22,972 nt of DNA. Source: an uncultured virus (IMG/VR IMGVR_UViG_2627854101_000001) (taxonomy: Duplodnaviria; Heunggongvirae; Uroviricota; Caudoviricetes). The position numbers and the translations under genes were made by a program. The notes below the pieces were generated by a model. It worked only from the letters and a program-made list of their open reading frames with translations, searched no databases and was not told the DNA's origin. The stretch spans positions 62,001 through 84,972 of the IMG/VR virus record IMGVR_UViG_2627854101_000001. One strand, 5' to 3'. How positions within the stretch are numbered: position 1 is the stretch's first letter; every line of letters begins with the position of its first letter. Positions 17,813-22,972 of this stretch are shown in pieces.

Positions 17813-18043
17813 ATGGATTTTTCAAGTGTTAAAGAAGGAGACGTAATTAAATATATCGGTGATTCTTGGGCTTACGGTGGAACCTATACAACTGTTACAG
17901 CCGAATCTACATACAGTAACCCAGATAGCTGCCCAAGAAATGAACAAGATCGATTGATGATTATTGAGTTTATGAACGACGGTACGCCAATGTTCTTCAC
18001 ATTAGATCAACTTAATCCTGGAGAGTGGGAATTAGTTAATTAA
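17813..18043 (+). CDS. Hypothetical protein, 76 aa
   Basis: GAGGGG RBS and ATG. Confidence 0.78.
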   Translation: MDFSSVKEGDVIKYIGDSWAYGGTYTTVTAESTYSNPDSCPRNEQDRLMIIEFMNDGTPMFFTLDQLNPGEWELVN

Positions 18044-18090
18044 TACGATTCGGGTGAAATTCTAATTTTATACAGGAAGGGTTGATAGCC

Positions 18091-18282
18091 ATGACAATTG
18101 AAGAAATTGAAGAAAAGGCATTTTACGCATCTGAAACAATGGTTGAATTAGATAGGGTGTCATATGAATGGCTTATTGAAAGAGCCAAGAGAGCAAATCT
18201 TCTTGAAAAGGAGTTTCAAGGGATTGCTGAATCTGCTTACAAATTAAAACAAGAATTAGATGGAGAAGTCGAAGAGGATTGA
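18091..18282 (+). CDS. Hypothetical protein, about 63 aa
   Basis: GGAAGGG RBS; ATG 18091 within ORF 18082..18282. Confidence 0.75.
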   Translation: MTIEEIEEKAFYASETMVELDRVSYEWLIERAKRANLLEKEFQGIAESAYKLKQELDGEVEED

Positions 18283-18318
18283 TAAAATGTTGATTTCATT
18301 TAGAAGGGATAAATCTCA

Positions 18319-18471
18319 ATGAAAGAAATTGAATTTGAAGAAATTAAGCAATTCGTTGAAGTGATGTCTCGGCAAGCTGGATCGACCAAGGTGATGAAAA
18401 TTCACATAAGTTATGCAGAATGGTTGGTCGCTGAAGTCGAACGCTTAAGGGGGTTAACCAGTCATGGATAA
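18319..18471 (+). CDS. Small hypothetical protein, 50 aa (MKEIEFEEIKQFVE...)
   Basis: Read manually: GAAGGGA RBS; overlaps the next start. Confidence 0.72.
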   Translation: MKEIEFEEIKQFVEVMSRQAGSTKVMKIHISYAEWLVAEVERLRGLTSHG

Positions 18472-18898
18472 TGGATCAGGTACAAAGGTAAATATTCATT
18501 TTAATAACGGTTCTCTAATTGAGGGTTTCAAAGTGTCTAGTGAACTAACCGAACCTTCGACTATATATGAACAAATAATGAATCATCCGGAAAGCAAAAA
18601 GGCAGTGTTAATCAAGTTTGGTTTTGGGCAATTGTCCCCGATTAAAGTGGAAAAATGGTTTAAGTCATACAATCCACCCAAATACTACGAATTTAGAAAA
18701 GTAGCTAACCACAGAAAGGTTACTGACCTACATACTCAAGCAATGACAAAGGATCAAAGGACGCATTTATTAAACTTGGAAGAGGTCTTTAATGATGAAA
18801 AGTCTAGAAATGCGTTATTAAAATTAGCAGAACAAAACACTAAGAGAAATAAGGATGGACTGACTATTATCGAAAAACATGATCCTTGGAGGGGCTAA
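18464..18898 (+). CDS. Hypothetical protein, 144 aa
   Basis: AAGGGGG RBS and ATG. Confidence 0.8.
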   Translation: MDNGSGTKVNIHFNNGSLIEGFKVSSELTEPSTIYEQIMNHPESKKAVLIKFGFGQLSPIKVEKWFKSYNPPKYYEFRKVANHRKVTDLHTQAMTKDQRTHLLNLEEVFNDEKSRNALLKLAEQNTKRNKDGLTIIEKHDPWRG

Positions 18899-19327
18899 AT
18901 GCAGGCGAACATTACTAAGGAACTGTCGTGGTGGGGAGTTACTTTGACTGGAAGTATGAAAACCGTAAAATCTTTAAGTGAGCTGATGGAAATAAACAAA
19001 GAACTGTTCGAGAATCTCTACAAAGTCCAAACAGACACAATTGAAGAGCTTGTAAACAAATTATATGAACAGGTTCCTGAGTATGAGAAGAAATTCTTGA
19101 AGTATGTTAATGAGCAGCTACCTAATCTGAGGAGGTGCTTACAAGTCGAACTGCCCTATAATACTCAACTAATATCAAGCATAGAATATGAAATTTACAT
19201 ATCAGGTGCCGAAATTGATTGTGAATACCCTTTTGATGCGAGAGGTTGTATTATTACTTTCTTTCAACGGGTACCAGAAATAATCGATTTGCACAGGGAG
19301 GAATTAGATGAAGAATACAGAGTTTAA
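18899..19327 (+). CDS. Hypothetical acidic protein, 142 aa
   Basis: GGAGGGG RBS; abuts the upstream stop. Confidence 0.8.
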   Translation: MQANITKELSWWGVTLTGSMKTVKSLSELMEINKELFENLYKVQTDTIEELVNKLYEQVPEYEKKFLKYVNEQLPNLRRCLQVELPYNTQLISSIEYEIYISGAEIDCEYPFDARGCIITFFQRVPEIIDLHREELDEEYRV

Positions 19328-19856
19328 GGTAACAAGTTTATTAGAGGAGTATAAACGAAGAGATGAGGAACGTAGGGAATTCATCATTCATGAAGGTTAC
19401 AGAGCTATCGAAGAGATCATTAAAGAAGTGAGCCAAAGAGGAACACTAAATGAAGCAGATATTTATTATGGAACACCTAAACCACAGATAAGCTTCTCGG
19501 ACGTCGAATTAGGCTACATGCTTACTTCTATGATGGAATATGCTACAAATCATGTTGGAAATCCAGTTGATGAGGAATGTGAACTTGAAAATAAGCTGGC
19601 TTACTTTGAGCATAAGGACGAAATTGTTCAAGTTTTTGAAGTATATGGACAAGGTACTGACAGCTGGTTTTTGAAACCAAGTGACGATACCGTTTATAAA
19701 TTGAATAACACAGCTTACGGAGTATATTTAAACCAGTTCGATGATTTCATTAATTACACTAAAAATAAAGACAATGAGAGTAAAAAGGTTTCTTCTAGTA
19801 CCACGATCTTAAATGACATTACCGACGGGTATGCAGTTGGAAGAGGTTCTAAGTAG
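19308..19856 (+). CDS. Hypothetical acidic protein, 182 aa
   Basis: GGGAGG RBS and ATG. Confidence 0.82.
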   Translation: MKNTEFKVTSLLEEYKRRDEERREFIIHEGYRAIEEIIKEVSQRGTLNEADIYYGTPKPQISFSDVELGYMLTSMMEYATNHVGNPVDEECELENKLAYFEHKDEIVQVFEVYGQGTDSWFLKPSDDTVYKLNNTAYGVYLNQFDDFINYTKNKDNESKKVSSSTTILNDITDGYAVGRGSK

Positions 19857-20027
19857 ATGATTGTGACAGCTTGGATCTTGTTCGTCGCATTTGGGCTTGT
19901 GTTGTTAGCAAACATGGATTCTCATGGGGATATTAAATTTGCAGTCTATATTGGTGTAATAAAACTTGTTTCAATTTTTATTGTTGCTATTGCAGCAGGA
20001 GTTATATGGGGAGGATTATTTCAATGA
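19857..20027 (+). CDS. Small two-helix membrane protein, 56 aa (YotH-like by position)
   Basis: Read manually: AGAGGT RBS; two hydrophobic segments; ATGA overlap with the next gene. Confidence 0.78.
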   Translation: MIVTAWILFVAFGLVLLANMDSHGDIKFAVYIGVIKLVSIFIVAIAAGVIWGGLFQ

Positions 20028-20455
20028 AGACGATTAAATTATATGAACTTGTATTACAAGGTAAAAAACCGATTATTAAATTTAATGACAATGTGTATGA
20101 ATGGATTGAAGAATCAGTCGATCCCATGATGATGGGGAAAATAATTGGGGCTTCAATTGAGTATGATGAGATTAAATTTTCACTAGATTTGAATCCTTTT
20201 GAAGCATACAATCGAAGCGTTGCGCGGCATGATTGGAGAGATGATGAAGGGAATAATGTTTTATCATGGTTTGACACTTCTTTCTATCCGAAAAACGGAA
20301 TTGCAGCTATTTACTTACCTATTAATGAAAAAACAGAAATCGCATTTGATTTTATAGAAGAGGATTCTTTATTAAATGAATATGCAAAAAACACTCAAGA
20401 CATCTCGTATGTTGAATGGCTGGAAAATGAAGTTAAGAAATTGAGGAGTAAATAA
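20024..20455 (+). CDS. Hypothetical protein, 143 aa
   Basis: GGGAGG RBS before ATG 20024. Confidence 0.82.
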   Translation: MKTIKLYELVLQGKKPIIKFNDNVYEWIEESVDPMMMGKIIGASIEYDEIKFSLDLNPFEAYNRSVARHDWRDDEGNNVLSWFDTSFYPKNGIAAIYLPINEKTEIAFDFIEEDSLLNEYAKNTQDISYVEWLENEVKKLRSK

Positions 20456-20493
20456 AATCGGTCTTTTATATAGAAGAAAAAAGGAGTGTAAGG

Positions 20494-21242
20494 ATGTACG
20501 TACCATTTAAAACAAAGAAAGAACGAGATAAATACGGAGCAGAAGTTAACATTCTAACTAAAGTTAAAGATTTGGCATTTTTAGAAGATGGGGAAAGTAT
20601 GACAAGAAGCATGGTCGCTGATTACTTTGAGGTCAAAGATTATGAAATTAAAAGACAATGGTGAAAATCTACAAGCGTGAATTACAAGAAAATGGATTAG
20701 AAGTATTAACTGGCAAGGGTTTAAACGCATTTAAGCAAGCATATTTATCAGACAGAAGTGAATATGAGGACAGTTCTCATTCATTAGAAATCTTTTCTCC
20801 GACAGCAGTTCTGAGAATTGGCTTATTATTAAAAGATTCTGCTATTGCAGTTCAAATAAGAAAAGCAGTGCATAATAAAAACCTTCCCGTTGTTCGTTAT
20901 TCAAGAAACAATAACATTACAAGTATTGAATGGAGTCAAGAACTTGAAGACTTAGTTTTCGATTACACAGAACGTGGTCTTCAGGAAGGGAAAACATTAA
21001 AAAGCTTACATAAAAATTTGTCGGATATTCTAGGTATTGAAACTAGATTTATCAGCAACAGATGGTACAACAATTGGAATAACAAACTGCCACTAAAAAA
21101 GCGTCTCAGTAAAGAATTAGAGACAGCTGTTGCTAAAGGAGAACATTTACATAAAAATGCATTAGAACATAGAGTGAATAAATTAGAAGATGAGCTAAGA
21201 GCTTTAAAAAGCCAACTAGGGTTATTACTGGGGGTCAATTAA
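20494..21242 (+). pseudogene. Frameshifted phage antirepressor-like protein with RsfA-like C-terminal domain (ORFs 20494-20664 and 20658-21242)
   Basis: L.KVK.L...MVADYFEV in the first frame continues into ELQENG..VL.G..L..FK...AVLRIGLLLKDS.IA in the -1 frame. The break is at ATTAAAAG 20647-20654. Confidence 0.7.
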
Positions 21243-21695
21243 ATGATCAAAATTATCAATGGCAATATTCTCAGTGCATCTGAGGATATCATTTGTCATC
21301 AAGTAAATTGTCAAGGAGTTATGGGGGCTGGATTGGCGAAGCAAATCAAAGAAAAGTATCCATCTGCATACAGAGTTTATAAATACATGTGCGACAACGT
21401 AGTGTACAAGCCTGACCTGTTGGGAAAGGTTCGAGAAGTAAAAGAGCACGATGGAAAGATTATCGCCCATATCTTTGGACAACTCTCTTATGGAAGAGGA
21501 AGGGTGTTCACCGACTATGAAGCTTTAAAGTGTGGCTTAGAGCTAATAAAAACCTCAGCTATGACAAATAGAAGATCCATTGCCTTGCCTTATGGAATCG
21601 GGTGCGGTTTGGCGGGTGGAAATTGGAATGAGGTAAACAAAATGATCGAATCCATATTCGAGGACTTCGATGTGACAATTTACAAGTTAGATTAA
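21243..21695 (+). CDS. Macrodomain (ADP-ribose binding/hydrolase) protein, DarG/TARG1-like class
   Basis: I..I.GNIL, ICHQVNCQGVMGAGLAKQIK.KYP and IALPYGIGCGLAGGNW. Confidence 0.93.
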   Translation: MIKIINGNILSASEDIICHQVNCQGVMGAGLAKQIKEKYPSAYRVYKYMCDNVVYKPDLLGKVREVKEHDGKIIAHIFGQLSYGRGRVFTDYEALKCGLELIKTSAMTNRRSIALPYGIGCGLAGGNWNEVNKMIESIFEDFDVTIYKLD

Positions 21696-21738
21696 GACTA
21701 ATTTTAGGATAAAAATAAAATAAGAGAATTAGAGGTGG

Positions 21739-21930
21739 ATGGTAATAGCTGAAGAACATAAAACTATTCAAATACTATTCAACAAAATGGAAAGACAATT
21801 GGGCACGGTGAAAGAAGCTCTCGAGAACAAAGAATACGAAAGAGCCCACCGTAACCTGATTAACCTTTCAGATAATAATGAAGAATTGATGCAGGAAATT
21901 AGATGGGCTCGGAAAGGGATTAAGATTTAA
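21739..21930 (+). CDS. Small helical protein, 63 aa (YotK-like)
   Basis: AGAGGTG RBS; lies next to the XRE gene, as in SPbeta. Confidence 0.78.
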   Translation: MVIAEEHKTIQILFNKMERQLGTVKEALENKEYERAHRNLINLSDNNEELMQEIRWARKGIKI

Positions 21931-22159
21931 CTTTTCTTCTTTCTTTATGGTTCCATTCGTACAGCTCTTCAATTGAGCAACCAATGGCATCAGCAAAAGT
22001 CATGCCCGTAGCTAAGTTCATATTTGCTTTAGCTCCACTTATATAATCGTGGATACGTTGTCTCGGGTATCCTGTGCGTTTGAATAGGTCATCAACTGTG
22101 AGGCCATATTCAAACATTAATTCATTTAAACGAGGGCGTAGAGGTGTCCATTGCTTCAT
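21920..22159 (-). CDS. yotL: XRE-family HTH transcriptional regulator (YotL-like), 79 aa
   Basis: RLNELM...LTVDDL...TGY....IHDY.SG...NL......ADAIGCSIEELY. Confidence 0.85.
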   Translation of the reverse strand: MKQWTPLRPRLNELMFEYGLTVDDLFKRTGYPRQRIHDYISGAKANMNLATGMTFADAIGCSIEELYEWNHKERRKVKS

Positions 22160-22195
22160 TTCGTACACTTCTTTCAATATTAATTGACATAAAAC

Positions 22196-22224
22196 AGTGT
22201 AACAAAGGTTTATTTTAATATCAA
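22196..22224 (-). promoter_or_regulatory. SigA promoter of the XRE gene
   Basis: TTGATA-17 nt-TACACT with extended TG on the - strand. Confidence 0.68.
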
Positions 22225-22256
22225 TTTTAGTTTCAATATTTTAGGAGAGTGATTGA

Positions 22257-22811
22257 TTGGCAGGTACAAACCAAGGCAAGGTTTTTGAAGCAAATATAGA
22301 AAAATCAGCTGCAGATCAAAAGCTGTTCTTCTATAGAATTAAAGATGTTAACCCAATGTTTTTGAAAAGGGGAGCAGCTGTATCAAAAAACAAATACGAT
22401 TGCTTCCTGCACTTTAAAGGTTATCTTTTTCCTTTTGAACTTAAATCAACAAAGAACAAGTCTGTATCTTTCAGTGAAAAGATCATCAAGCCACAACAGA
22501 TTAAACACTTAAAAGAGGCAACGCAGTATCCAAACATAATTCCTGGTTTTCTGTTTCAATTTAGAGAGCCACAAAACAAAGTTTATTTCGTACATATTAA
22601 TGATTTCCTTACATATAAGAACATAGCTGAAAATCAGTTAGCACATACATATAGGAATAAAGTAAACAAATCCAGCATTCCAATTGCAATTTGCGAAGAG
22701 ATCGGCACAGAAGTCCGTTCGATGAAGAAAAAAGTTAACTATACATATTACTTGAACAAGCTTTGCGATGATTTGATTAAAAAAGAACAGCATAGTGTGA
22801 GCGCTGTATGA
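22257..22811 (+). CDS. yotM: RecU-like Holliday junction resolvase (YotM-like)
   Basis: GKVFE, YDC and FELKST (PD-D/ExK type), KPQQIKHL; AGGAG RBS and TTG. Confidence 0.85.
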   Translation: MAGTNQGKVFEANIEKSAADQKLFFYRIKDVNPMFLKRGAAVSKNKYDCFLHFKGYLFPFELKSTKNKSVSFSEKIIKPQQIKHLKEATQYPNIIPGFLFQFREPQNKVYFVHINDFLTYKNIAENQLAHTYRNKVNKSSIPIAICEEIGTEVRSMKKKVNYTYYLNKLCDDLIKKEQHSVSAV

Positions 22812-22972
22812 GTGAATTCGTTAAATCATCGTCAAAGCAATCGTTTGAAATAGAAAAATATCGTATAACGATTGAAAGCATGAATCAACCATCGGCTGAT
22901 GCAATTAAGAAAGTGAATCTTAAAGTGAATGAAGTAATGTCTAATTTATTAGCAAAAGAAAAGAGCCATTAA
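22808..22972 (+). CDS. Small protein, 54 aa, candidate recombination directionality factor
   Basis: Read manually: ATGA coupling to the RecU-like gene, TAA 22970-22972; same position as SPbeta sprB/yotN. Confidence 0.65.
   Translation: MSEFVKSSSKQSFEIEKYRITIESMNQPSADAIKKVNLKVNEVMSNLLAKEKSH

Larger units (their letters stand above)
517..20468. repeat. Dispersed 16-bp inverted-repeat junction motif TRAAA-N6-TTTYA, at least 9 copies
   Basis: Copies start at 517, 1668, 2603, 3540, 10741, 17133, 18055, 18283 and 20453, all at gene boundaries. Confidence 0.85.
4272..21722 (+). repeat. Dispersed 17-mer AGRATAAAAATAAAATA, 5 copies
   Basis: 4272-4288, 11652-11668, 14126-14142, 14216-14232 and 21706-21722 (AGGAT variant), all in the same orientation. 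Confidence 0.85.
1..22972. mobile_element. Segment of an SPbeta/phi3T-like Bacillus (pro)phage, early DNA-metabolism region approaching one prophage end
   Basis: The gene order nrdI-nrdE-nrdF-thioredoxin-dUTPase...sspC...XRE-RecU-like matches the SPbeta yos/yot region as I recall it. Intron-split nrdE/nrdF, a phage-type thyA and dense co-oriented small ORFs also fit. Confidence 0.93.

Noticed and set aside
517..20468. Junction palindromes as CRISPR repeats or intrinsic terminators
   Set aside because: Spacing is gene-sized and irregular, no cas genes are present, and 5-bp A/U stems are too weak to terminate.
59..21771. Many 60-95 aa ORFs overlapping or antisense to called genes (e.g. 328-510, 5290-5490, 5774-6004, 7449-7721, 12781-13053, 20002-20277)
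   Set aside because: They overlap well-supported genes or intron core and show no RBS or recognisable motif.
21243..22159. Macrodomain, small protein and XRE gene as a toxin-antitoxin system
   Set aside because: No toxin or ADP-ribosyltransferase motif is visible, and the XRE gene is convergent and typical of this phage region.
22184..22216. TTGACA as a + strand SigA -35 for the RecU-like gene
   Set aside because: There is no acceptable -10 at 16-18 nt spacing.
1..22972. tRNA, rRNA, IS transposase or integrase genes
   Set aside because: None recognised. Any recombinase acting on the junction motif would have to be encoded outside this window.

Overview
This window looks like the late part of the early (DNA-metabolism) region of an SPbeta/phi3T-like Bacillus temperate phage or prophage. 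Most genes lie on the + strand. The core is a nucleotide-supply module: nrdI, nrdE split by an ORF-less 280-nt group I intron, a free-standing HNH-AP2 endonuclease, nrdF split by a 988-nt group I intron encoding a GIY-YIG endonuclease, a thioredoxin-like protein, dUTPase, thyA and dfr. It is surrounded by many small accessory genes, including a phage Dam-like methyltransferase, DUF1653, a macrodomain protein and a frameshifted antirepressor/RsfA-like gene. Four genes run on the - strand: a DUF1643/UDG-like protein, a secreted protein, sspC and an XRE regulator. The window ends with a RecU-like gene and a small ORF at the position of the SPbeta directionality factor. The most striking unexplained signals are: (1) at least nine TRAAA-N6-TTTYA inverted-repeat sites sitting at accessory-gene junctions, suggesting integron-like cassettes; (2) four genes that appear to start at ATA/ATT; (3) a five-copy 17-mer operator-like motif; (4) a UDG-fold candidate defence gene beside thyA. 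All homology calls are from motif recognition and memory; no searches were run.
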